A stretch of 32,000 bases of DNA from an uncultured archaeon (lineage in GTDB: Archaea > Asgardarchaeota > Thorarchaeia > Thorarchaeales > Thorarchaeaceae). The DNA is taken from positions 60,001 to 92,000 of the forward strand of contig CAZYLT010000010.1 of NCBI GenBank assembly GCA_964648855.1. The letters run 5' to 3'. Positions 18,772-27,359 of this stretch are shown here, in pieces. The notes under the pieces were generated by a model. It ran no database searches. It saw only the letters and a list, made by a program, of their open reading frames with translations, and was not told the origin of the DNA. The position numbers and the translations under genes are program-made. Position 1 is the first letter of the stretch, and every line of letters starts with the position of its first letter.

Positions 18772-20109
18772 ATGAACAGCTCCGCCAATCACAAGTTTCA
18801 GAATGATTCGGTCAAAAAAGAAGAGATTCTAGAATTTGATGGAAGCATTAGCCCAGAAATTACAATTCCAAATAACCGGGCAATTCTGATTCTCAGTAAA
18901 GACCAATCATTTCTATCTCATGGTATTCACAAATTTCCTGCGAAGTTCTTTCCAGAACTTCCTAGATATCTGATCCGGAAATACTCGCAGGAGGGCGCTA
19001 CAGTTCTGGATCCAATGTGCGGCAGCGGCACTGTTCCACTAGAAGCAATGCTTGCGAATAGGGTCGGCATCGGGCTAGACATTGACCCTATTGCACGACT
19101 TATAACAAAGGTAAAAACAAATCCGCTGCCATCGTCAGAGCTTAGACAAATTGTGGCTCTTTTGAGAAACTGTATCCATCAAAAGACTCGGGACCCGTCC
19201 TATTCGCCGGCAATTCCTTCATTTCATTATCGCGACAAGTGGTTTCGCGATTTCGTCCTCTTCGAGCTTGGGATGATATTGGAATGTATCAATGAAACAT
19301 GCGAAGATGAACCAAGCTATAGCCCTGAACTACATGATTTCCTCCGGGTTGTCTTCTCGTCCATTGTGAGAGATGTATCAAATGCAGACCCTTACTGCAC
19401 AAGAACCGTTATCCGCAAGAAACAGATTCGTCGAATACAGCCCGGAGAAACCATTGGATTGTTCTTTGAATCTCTATGTCAGCAGAAGGAAGCAATGTTG
19501 GAACTTCTCGATTATTGTCGAACTAACGGCGTTTCTCGAACGCATCTCCCATTGGCAACTGCAACTCATATTCCTCTGGCTGATGACTCTATTGATTTGG
19601 CTATTACTTCTCCTCCGTATATCAACGCAGTCGATTACACAAGAACCCATCAACTTGAGATGTATTGGTTGGATATGCTAGATGACGCTCCACTATCGGA
19701 GAGAAAGAGGAAATACATAGGTACAGAAACTGTTTACAAGAGTGAGTACAAGGGTCTAAGAATCTCGGGATACAAATCCTTAGATCCATTGCTTCATTCT
19801 ATTCATGAGGTGGATCCTCGACGCTCTTTCATCGTGTACAAGTTTTTTGAGGATATGAGAATCCAACTATCAGAAACGTTGCGAGTCCTCAAACCGGATG
19901 GAAAATACTGTATTGTTATTGGAAATAACACAGTCAGGGGGCATGAGGTGAACTCTCATGAGATTCTCTCTGAAATTGCCACATCAGATGACATTGGATT
20001 CCAGCTGGAGAAGAAGTTCTTCTCTCTGCTGATTCGGCACTTCATTAAAATTCCTCGACCCGAAAGAATGAATGGGGAATGGGTCTTGATCTTCCGGAAC
20101 CCCAAATGA
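18772..20109 (+). CDS. Amino-DNA methyltransferase, probably m4C, alpha-type motif order
   Basis: HGIHKFPAKF, motif I VLDPMCGSGT, then motif IV ITSPPY, LKPDG. Confidence 0.88.
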   Translation: MNSSANHKFQNDSVKKEEILEFDGSISPEITIPNNRAILILSKDQSFLSHGIHKFPAKFFPELPRYLIRKYSQEGATVLDPMCGSGTVPLEAMLANRVGIGLDIDPIARLITKVKTNPLPSSELRQIVALLRNCIHQKTRDPSYSPAIPSFHYRDKWFRDFVLFELGMILECINETCEDEPSYSPELHDFLRVVFSSIVRDVSNADPYCTRTVIRKKQIRRIQPGETIGLFFESLCQQKEAMLELLDYCRTNGVSRTHLPLATATHIPLADDSIDLAITSPPYINAVDYTRTHQLEMYWLDMLDDAPLSERKRKYIGTETVYKSEYKGLRISGYKSLDPLLHSIHEVDPRRSFIVYKFFEDMRIQLSETLRVLKPDGKYCIVIGNNTVRGHEVNSHEILSEIATSDDIGFQLEKKFFSLLIRHFIKIPRPERMNGEWVLIFRNPK

Positions 20110-20174
20110 AGCTGCTGCATACTTTGAGGCCAAAGCTTATGTGTCCACAGGAGTCTTGAAAGCCACTCAACTAA

Positions 20175-20450
20175 ATGGAGGTACAACATTTATGGCAACA
20201 AATCTAAGGTGGGATCGCGTTTGCCAAGCGCTCATTCTTAGCATTACCTCCGTCTGCGAAATTCTTGTACGTTCTTCTGAAGCGTAATCGCCGCCTTTCA
20301 AGGCAGCAGCTGATTACCAGAACATTTCTTCCTCCGCGAACTGTGAATTATGCTATCAGTCGCTTGAAAGAACTAAATCTACTGGAAGAAGAGGAACATG
20401 ATACGGATGCTCGTGAACGGATATATGTGCTAGCTGCTGCTCCAATGTAG
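20175..20450 (+). pseudogene. Small archaeal winged-helix DNA-binding protein with apparently disrupted 5' end
   Basis: LPPSAKFLYVLL...LPPRTVNYAISRL...DARERIY is an archaeal wHTH pattern. The conserved LPPSAK lies upstream of the first in-frame start (TTG 20265), and in-frame ATG 20175 is followed by TAA at 20205. Confidence 0.55.
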
Positions 20451-20580
20451 GATTCAAAGGCGACGGACAATTCGGATATTGTAATTAAATATCCATATGT
20501 ATAGTGGTAGCCAGGTTTCTCCAAAAGCCTCATAACCAAGTCCTCTGGCATTGAAATAACAGGAGTTCAAGGACGTATCA

Positions 20581-21942
20581 ATGGTGGACTATTACAAACA
20601 GGCAGATGTACGCCCCATAGGCGAGGATCGAAGAAACCACTATACATATGAAATAGGAAAAGGTCTCATTGGCAAGCAGGTTACTTTGGTTGGTTGGGTA
20701 CATATTCTCAGAGATAAGGGAAAAATCAAGTTCCTTATTCTTCGTGATGAGCGAGGAACAACTCAAATCACCATTCCTAAGAAGCGAGTACCTAAACAAG
20801 TCTTTGAAATCTCCGAGAACCTGAAACCTGAAACAGCTGTACTCGTCAAAGGAGAAGTTGTTGCGACTGATTTTCTTCCATCCGGTGCTGAAATCATCCC
20901 ATCTGAAATCCGCGTGCTAAACTGGTCAGAAACAATTCCTATAGACATAGTTGAGGGAAAGGTCGACATTGACCTTGACACGCGACTGAACTATAGAGTC
21001 CTAGACCTCCGGAAACCAAGAGTGAATGCCATATTCCGGATTCAACACTCCCTAGTCAGATTCGCACGTGAATTTCTTGAACAGAATGAATTCACTGAAA
21101 TACACACTCCGAAAATTGTAGCAGCAGCAACCGAGGGTGGCGCAAACCTCTTTGAAATAAAGTACTTTGAAAAGCCAGCCTATCTAGCTCAGAGTCCTCA
21201 ATTCTACAAGCAGCTTATGCTCTTAGCGGGCTTTGGAAGGGTCTTCGAGATTGCCCCCGTATTTCGAGCTGAGAAACATAACACTCCAAGGCATATGAAT
21301 GAATATACTTCATTCGACTTCGAAATGGCTTGGATAAGCGGAGTTGAAGATGTGATGAAAATGGAAGAGCAGATGCTGCATCATGCCTTCAACAAGACAA
21401 AGCAAGTGGCCAGCAGGGAGCTGGAGCTTCTGGAAATTGAACTGCATGTCCCCAAACTACCCTTTGAGCGAATCAAATATGCGGAAGTCATCGACTTACT
21501 GCAAGATGCTGGAAAAGAGATTACATTGGAAGATGACTTAGATCCTGAATCGGAGCGAATGCTCGCAGACATATTTCCTGAGAAATTCGGTACCGATATG
21601 GTATTCATAACGCACTATCCCACGGAGCTTCGCCCTGCTTATACCATGCCAAGTGTCACTGACGAGGGCATGACTGAGAGTTTTGACCTAACATACAAGG
21701 GAATGGAAATCACCACGGGCGGACAGAGAATCCATCTCTATGATCTACTTCTGGAGCGGTTCAAAGCCAAGGGGTTTGACCCGGACCGATTCGTCTTCTA
21801 TCTTGACCCATTCAAGTATGGTGCTCCTCCACATGGTGGGCTGGGTCTCGGAGTCGAGCGACTTACCATGCAACTTCTCGGCATAGAAAATATTCGAGAG
21901 GCTAGTCTTCTCCCGAGAGATCGTGACAGGATTACCCCCTAA
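20581..21942 (+). CDS. aspS: Archaeal-type aspartyl-tRNA synthetase, probably non-discriminating (Asp/Asn)
   Basis: OB fold [43 protein letters not shown]. Confidence 0.95.
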   Translation: MVDYYKQADVRPIGEDRRNHYTYEIGKGLIGKQVTLVGWVHILRDKGKIKFLILRDERGTTQITIPKKRVPKQVFEISENLKPETAVLVKGEVVATDFLPSGAEIIPSEIRVLNWSETIPIDIVEGKVDIDLDTRLNYRVLDLRKPRVNAIFRIQHSLVRFAREFLEQNEFTEIHTPKIVAAATEGGANLFEIKYFEKPAYLAQSPQFYKQLMLLAGFGRVFEIAPVFRAEKHNTPRHMNEYTSFDFEMAWISGVEDVMKMEEQMLHHAFNKTKQVASRELELLEIELHVPKLPFERIKYAEVIDLLQDAGKEITLEDDLDPESERMLADIFPEKFGTDMVFITHYPTELRPAYTMPSVTDEGMTESFDLTYKGMEITTGGQRIHLYDLLLERFKAKGFDPDRFVFYLDPFKYGAPPHGGLGLGVERLTMQLLGIENIREASLLPRDRDRITP

Positions 21943-22077
21943 TAGGGTATGATTCTAGTCGGATACACCGGTACTTCGGACCTCAACCCAATAATACTCT
22001 CTTTTAAAGGAGCACACAACAAAATTCGTTTAGTAGTCTAGACTAGACAAGAAACCAGTCTGAAGGGATATCTGGCG

Positions 22078-22881
22078 ATGCATGACCATATTCACCAGGA
22101 GCTTTACGCTTCAATAGCTACCTTAGATCAACTCAAGAAGATGTATGACCTTGGTGCGGTTGATATCAGGTCATTCCAGCGGGAATCTGATGCTCTCGTA
22201 AACGAAGTAAAAGGTCATTTGGATGAGATGAGGCGCATGGGTATTGATGTTGGGGGATTCATGGCAGAACAAAGAATCTTAGACGAGTTTCCAGATGCAG
22301 CAGGATTAATCGAATTCTACCAACACAGGTCCAGACCGGCATTAGATGGATACACAATGGATGAATATTACGATCATCTGGGGTTGGCTGTTCTAGATGT
22401 TGCTACTACACACTCTGCGAAAGGCTTGTTGGGTCTAGCGGACCTGATAGTTGAGGTTGTCAACCGTGTGCCGCAGTTCAAGTCAGTCAGCTATAATGAT
22501 GTCATAGAGGCGGTCAATAGGGTCGCAGAAAACGGACTGATTCCAGGGATACGAACTCTACGTGGTGGTGTGAAAGTTGTAGAGCTTCGTCCACTAGAGC
22601 TACGCGGCGACCAATCGGATGTGGTTAATCTTGCAGCTACGAAGGGATATACCTCTGTGGAAGAGGTCATGATGGAGCTCAAATGGTCTGAGGACCACGC
22701 TCGTCAAGTGCTATCAAGTCTAGTTGATGCGGGAATGGCTGTTGCCGATATTCGGTTCAGTACCGGCGGTAGATACTATTTCCCTGGGTTGCATCACAAG
22801 TCCTCAGATAAGGCAAATGGTCATGAAATGCTAGATAGAAGAAGAGATGGCCGAGACTCTCCCCCAGCTCATGGCTTGTAA
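22078..22881 (+). CDS. ESCRT-II Vps22/Vps36 (EAP30)-like tandem winged-helix protein with N-terminal Vps28-like helical domain
   Basis: DEYYDHLGLAVLDV...DVIEAV...PLELRGDQSDVVNLA..KGY...LKW..A..VL..LV..G matches the Vps22/Snf8 pattern; N-terminus ELYASIATLDQLKKMY resembles Vps28. Confidence 0.85.
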   Translation: MHDHIHQELYASIATLDQLKKMYDLGAVDIRSFQRESDALVNEVKGHLDEMRRMGIDVGGFMAEQRILDEFPDAAGLIEFYQHRSRPALDGYTMDEYYDHLGLAVLDVATTHSAKGLLGLADLIVEVVNRVPQFKSVSYNDVIEAVNRVAENGLIPGIRTLRGGVKVVELRPLELRGDQSDVVNLAATKGYTSVEEVMMELKWSEDHARQVLSSLVDAGMAVADIRFSTGGRYYFPGLHHKSSDKANGHEMLDRRRDGRDSPPAHGL

Positions 22882-22895
22882 TTCTATATTCATGC

Positions 22896-23609
22896 CTAAG
22901 AAATACGAATTTTTATTGCCGCCCTTTTCTTGTCTACCCATTCAGCGAGTTCTTGTTCCACTAGAATCCCTAGGACTGTTTTGATTTCATCTTCAGGGAG
23001 ACCTGCAAAATCTTGGTTACTTTCTTGGATTACGAGCGTCTTGACATCCAACCTAGTCTTACCTGTTTCAATAGCCCATGCATAAACGATATCCGCCCAG
23101 TCTTGTATGGGTCTCCAGTAGATCCGAAGCTGTCCATTGTTTTTTCCAATCCATTCAGCAACGTCCTTTTCAACCAGCTTTTCGGCTATGAACCTGAAGG
23201 CCTTGACTTTTCCAAATATGTCGCAAAAGGGCGGTTCAGTAATGAAGGTTGCAAGTGATATTTTGTGTGCCGTATTCCTCTGTGCCCACTCCAAGAGGAA
23301 ATCCCCCCATTCATCTGCCCAGAGATTTCGGTCATCTTCTTCGATAGGGATATGGTACATCAATTCATACTCTTTGACGCTGCCCCATGATGGCAAGAAA
23401 ATCTCGGGTTCAGCTGATACTTCCTCGACAACCTGAGTTTTGAATTCGTCTTTGATGGTCGTTATGTCTTCTTTCTCGTCGATACTGTCCACTTCAATGG
23501 CTTCGACTTCTTGCTCTTCAATTTCATCTGTTCTTGATTCAACTGTTTCTTCTTCTGAACGATCTTTTTCTTTACTCTTCTTCTCTTTTTTGCGCTCTCT
23601 GACTCCCAC
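22896..23609 (-). CDS. vps25: ESCRT-II Vps25-like protein with charged N-terminal extension
   Basis: W.DFLLEWA, AEWI.....LRIYWRPIQDWADIVYAWA..TG, F.GL.E......L..L.....AE, as in Vps25. Confidence 0.88.
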   Translation of the reverse strand: MGVRERKKEKKSKEKDRSEEETVESRTDEIEEQEVEAIEVDSIDEKEDITTIKDEFKTQVVEEVSAEPEIFLPSWGSVKEYELMYHIPIEEDDRNLWADEWGDFLLEWAQRNTAHKISLATFITEPPFCDIFGKVKAFRFIAEKLVEKDVAEWIGKNNGQLRIYWRPIQDWADIVYAWAIETGKTRLDVKTLVIQESNQDFAGLPEDEIKTVLGILVEQELAEWVDKKRAAIKIRIS

Positions 23610-23612
23610 GAA

Positions 23613-24836
23613 CTATGAACCCTCCGCCCATTCTTTGTATCTACGAATGTCTTCAGGCGATGTTGCCGGGCGAATATTTTCAATCGCATTGAGAAAGTCC
23701 AATCTTGACACTGGTCTTAATCTGAAGCCAGCTTTCTCTGTAGGAGGTATATCGCTCTGCAATTCTCTGATAGGTTCCATCGCGGCTTCTCTACATACAA
23801 CGCTGATATCTCTCCCGCTGTATCCCTCTGTCAGGTCAGCAAGCTCATTGAAGTCCACATCTGGTCCGACTTCAATATCATCAATATGTATTTTGAAAAT
23901 CCTGACTCTTGCGGCTTTATTGGGGAGGGGAACATTGATCCTTTTCTCAAATCGGGATCGTAAGGCGAAATCGATGTCCCATGGTAGATTTGTGGCCCCA
24001 ATGAGTGTAACTCTTTCATCACTCTTACTTGTTAGTCCTTGAAGTTCCGTCAACAATTGGGTCTTGAGTCTTCTTTCGCCACCAACATCTTCTCCGCGCC
24101 TTGAAACCCCTATAGAATCAAGCTCATCTATGAATATGATAGATGGCTGGTTGTCGCGCGCAGAATCGAAGAGGTGTTTAACCAATCGCTCTGATTCACC
24201 AAGCCATTTACTCACTATATTTGCTGCTGATACATTGAAGAAGGTGGCATTTACTTCGTTTGCAACCGCCTTGGCAATTAAGGTCTTTCCACAGCCTGCT
24301 GGTCCATAGAGTAGAATGCCTTTCCAAGGCTGCCTAGCCTTGCCTTTGAACAACTCGGGGTGCTTCATGGGTGATATGATGGCATCATGTATAGCCTGTT
24401 TTGCATCATTGAGTCCTGCAACTTCTGACATCTTGACATCAGGGCGCTCGGAGAGGATTGTATCAGAAATCATCTCGTTGAGCCTTATCTCATCCTCATC
24501 TTCCTCTTCAGGCGGGCTACTTGCTGGTTTCTCATGTCTTATACTATCATCATGGATTGGTTCAGGCGGCCTGGCGAGACCCTTTTCTTGTCCCCTAGCT
24601 TTTTTCTTGATGCCCGAAAGATAACGAACCCTATCTACACACTCTTGAGCCCGTTTGAGGTAATGCTTTCGGACTGAAGGGAGACTCGTTGCATTTGAGA
24701 GTTTGATCAATATCTTACTGGCTTTGAGGTATTTTTGACAGGCCTCCTTCTTCAGTCCTCTCTGGTCCAGATCGATAGCTCTGTCGAGGAGTTCTCGTAA
24801 GCCTTTATCGAGTCTAGTTCCATTGGTATCGCTCAT
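23613..24836 (-). CDS. vps4: Vps4 AAA ATPase (MIT + AAA)
   Basis: N-terminal MIT helices, acidic linker, VAGL..AK, PWKGILLYGPAGCGKT, pore loop SKWLGESE, FIDELD, GATN.PW.ID, GYSGRDI. Confidence 0.93.
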   Translation of the reverse strand: MSDTNGTRLDKGLRELLDRAIDLDQRGLKKEACQKYLKASKILIKLSNATSLPSVRKHYLKRAQECVDRVRYLSGIKKKARGQEKGLARPPEPIHDDSIRHEKPASSPPEEEDEDEIRLNEMISDTILSERPDVKMSEVAGLNDAKQAIHDAIISPMKHPELFKGKARQPWKGILLYGPAGCGKTLIAKAVANEVNATFFNVSAANIVSKWLGESERLVKHLFDSARDNQPSIIFIDELDSIGVSRRGEDVGGERRLKTQLLTELQGLTSKSDERVTLIGATNLPWDIDFALRSRFEKRINVPLPNKAARVRIFKIHIDDIEVGPDVDFNELADLTEGYSGRDISVVCREAAMEPIRELQSDIPPTEKAGFRLRPVSRLDFLNAIENIRPATSPEDIRRYKEWAEGS

Positions 24837-25028
24837 TGTTACCCCGTTAGAAAAATGCTGTATTGGTTGTTAAGAGCTTCTGTATTGCCCACAAACTACT
24901 GAGTTTTTCGAAAAGGATGTTTAGAACCGCGCCTTAGAAACACCCGCACAGTTTCATTCCAGATGACTGCGAAGTGTTAAAATGGCATCCATATTATTGA
25001 AAGTGAAGAAGAATCTTACTTCTTCAGG
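24837..25028. promoter_or_regulatory. Divergent promoter region between vps4-vps25 and ESCRT-III
   Basis: 192-nt AT-rich spacer with TTAA-type boxes at about 24870 (minus strand) and about 24977 (plus strand). Confidence 0.4.
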
Positions 25029-25652
25029 GTGAGCAAATTGGGTATCTTCAAGAAAGCCTTCTCGTGGGGACGAAAGAAGCCTGATATCAATGAAGTTACA
25101 AGTCAGCTTCGCGTTCTATCAAAACAACTTGAAAGACAGAGAAACAAGTTGGAAAAAGAAGAACGAGATACAAAGGCAAGAGCCATCAACGCACGAAAGA
25201 ACGGAAACACGGAAGCCTTTCGGACCTATGCAAAGGAAATGGTGAGATTCAGACGTTTTGCTCTCTCAATTGATAAGTCGCGTCTTCAGATTTTGAAGAT
25301 ACTGGCTCATATAACTCGAGCACAAACCACCGCAAAAGCATCCAAGGCCCTTGACGATGTAGCTGATATTTTGGGTCTTCTTGGAGATGCCACGGACACC
25401 TCGAAAGTAATCGAAAATGCAGATGAAATAGCCATGCGGCTGGAAGAGTTCGAGATTGAGAGCGGAATTGCAGGTGAAGCTTTCGACTCCACAACTGAAT
25501 CTGAGGTGACTTCAGATGAATTGAGTGAAGCCATGAGAGAAATAGAGGCTGCCGCCCAAGTAGAGGGTTCTACTACAGGGGCGCATCCGATGACTGAAGC
25601 AGAGGAATTGGAAGAAGCCATCAAGTCATTAGAGAAAGAACTTGGTGTTTGA
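25029..25652 (+). CDS. ESCRT-III (Snf7 domain), Vps2/24/46 (CHMP1-3)-like
   Basis: Amphipathic N-terminus LGIFKKAFSW, LERQ..KLEKEE...K.....ARK.GN.E..R.YAKE.VR, basic N-half and acidic C-half, MIM1-like C-terminal ELEEAIKSL. Confidence 0.9.
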   Translation: MSKLGIFKKAFSWGRKKPDINEVTSQLRVLSKQLERQRNKLEKEERDTKARAINARKNGNTEAFRTYAKEMVRFRRFALSIDKSRLQILKILAHITRAQTTAKASKALDDVADILGLLGDATDTSKVIENADEIAMRLEEFEIESGIAGEAFDSTTESEVTSDELSEAMREIEAAAQVEGSTTGAHPMTEAEELEEAIKSLEKELGV

Positions 25653-25653
25653 A

Positions 25654-27213
25654 TCACCATCGACGATATTCATGGGTGTCGCCATACTGGTCGAGTTCCT
25701 TTCTAATACCATACGAGTCCCGCATCAAACCTCTGTATCTTCTTATGAAGTCTTCAGGTACAATTCTTCCACTGCGGAGTAGGTCTACCGTTTCAGAGAG
25801 AGCGGATTGCAGTTCGCGTTCATTTCTCCTTAATTGCTCGAAACCCATATCGTATCCTTGATTCCTTCGTCTGCTATCTCGATGCCCAAGTGTTCTTCTG
25901 AGCTCCTCAGCCAATTCATCTTCGTATTTCTGCTTCTTTTGGTATCTACTTTGTGGGCTCCAAGGACGGTTCACCTCATCCCGGTATGGCACATAATATC
26001 CTCTCTTTGTTTCGGGAACTTGACTCACCTGATCAGTTGACAGAATCGAGTAGATCAGCTCCTCAATCTTCAATCTCACATCGCTGACATTAACACTGGT
26101 CGCCTCGATCTTTCGTACCCGGTGCATGTCGTCCTGCACGTACCTATCAAACTTCTTTGCGATCTGTATGTAATCTGAGAGGACCTGTTCCGTTTGTTCG
26201 TCACAATCAACTCGAACATCACCCTGCTTTAACTTCAAAACCAATCGTTTTCTGAACCTTCCATCCTCTTCAAGAGATTTGAGATAGGCCAAGGGGAAGT
26301 CGAAGACGACCTCTGTCTTTTTGCGTACTAGTCCAGTTTCTGCAACGAATATGAGACGCTTGTTCGTAATATACAAGATCCCTGTGGTCTTATCATGCTT
26401 CAAGAAGTCGCTCCCACTGAGTTTTATCTCGGGAATTGCACATACAGGAAGCTCGTTTACCGACAGGTCTGAATACTCGTAGAATCCCGCGAAATGCTTC
26501 CTATAGTAGTCAAGACCTTCTAGATGCTCTGTTAGTTCACCCAAATCTAATTCTAGTGCTTGGAGTGAATCGTCAATATTGCTCTTGTATTGTCGTCCGA
26601 TATGAGTTACGCGATTGGTCACGCCCTCAACAAATGGGAATTGACCTGTTTCCCATGTTTGGTAATCAATGAGTCCTTTTGTTTCTGCGAGCATTTTCTT
26701 GGCTACTATCTCGGCTTGGTTTGTAACGCGATTCTTGATAGCTATGAACTCATCTTGAATCTGTTCAACCCTATCTTCGAACCACTTGAAGCCAAGAAAA
26801 TTTGCCATTCTTAATGAAACAAGAATCCTTTTCGCGGAGGCGAGCCTAGTATTGAACTCTCTGAGTTTGGTGTGGCCGTAGTGAATACTCATGACTGCAT
26901 TACGCAGTTCGTGAGCTAGGTTTCTGCGTTTATCTTCAATTCCCGCAATCCGAGTTGAATAGCAATTTGGACATATCTCTTCAATACGTTTTGCAGTAAC
27001 AAAACTCTGTGATTCACACTCAGGACAATTTTCCGGTTGCTCGCCCATTGGAACCCTCCCAATATTATGATGGCACTCTGCGCACATTGTGTATTCGCTT
27101 GATTTTGAATCAAGGCAATTTGTGCATAGCAAAGCGCCACAGTCCTCGCACATATGCGTTGAGCGATTATCGCCACAAAGGCTGCAATAATTCGATGGTG
27201 AACCTTTTGTCAA
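25654..27213 (-). CDS. Zn-finger / coiled-coil / PH(GRAM/GLUE-like) / steadiness-box-like protein, candidate ESCRT-I subunit or adaptor
   Basis: Six CxxC pairs in the first 84 aa, heptad region, GILYITNKRLIF...DFPL..L PH-like strands, C-terminal DLLRSGRIVPEDFIRRYR.L hairpin. GGAGG RBS before TTG 27213. Confidence 0.75.
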   Translation of the reverse strand: MTKGSPSNYCSLCGDNRSTHMCEDCGALLCTNCLDSKSSEYTMCAECHHNIGRVPMGEQPENCPECESQSFVTAKRIEEICPNCYSTRIAGIEDKRRNLAHELRNAVMSIHYGHTKLREFNTRLASAKRILVSLRMANFLGFKWFEDRVEQIQDEFIAIKNRVTNQAEIVAKKMLAETKGLIDYQTWETGQFPFVEGVTNRVTHIGRQYKSNIDDSLQALELDLGELTEHLEGLDYYRKHFAGFYEYSDLSVNELPVCAIPEIKLSGSDFLKHDKTTGILYITNKRLIFVAETGLVRKKTEVVFDFPLAYLKSLEEDGRFRKRLVLKLKQGDVRVDCDEQTEQVLSDYIQIAKKFDRYVQDDMHRVRKIEATSVNVSDVRLKIEELIYSILSTDQVSQVPETKRGYYVPYRDEVNRPWSPQSRYQKKQKYEDELAEELRRTLGHRDSRRRNQGYDMGFEQLRRNERELQSALSETVDLLRSGRIVPEDFIRRYRGLMRDSYGIRKELDQYGDTHEYRRW

Positions 27214-27359
27214 ATACGTGCCTCCGGCTTGTCACGTTATTAGGAATATACCCTAAGAATAACGTGTGTATTATTCTACTAATACTTGCATGGCCAACTG
27301 CACAGTACGAATTAGTTATAATATCAGGTTTTTCAAGCAGAAATCAGGACGAAAACACT

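Noticed and set aside
23440-24042. 200-aa plus-strand Ser-rich ORF
   Set aside because: Antisense to the Glu-rich vps25/vps4 coding sequence.
27009-27359. 117-aa N-terminal extension of TldD
   Set aside because: Overlaps the opposite-strand Zn-finger gene; TldD homology starts at ATG 27360.
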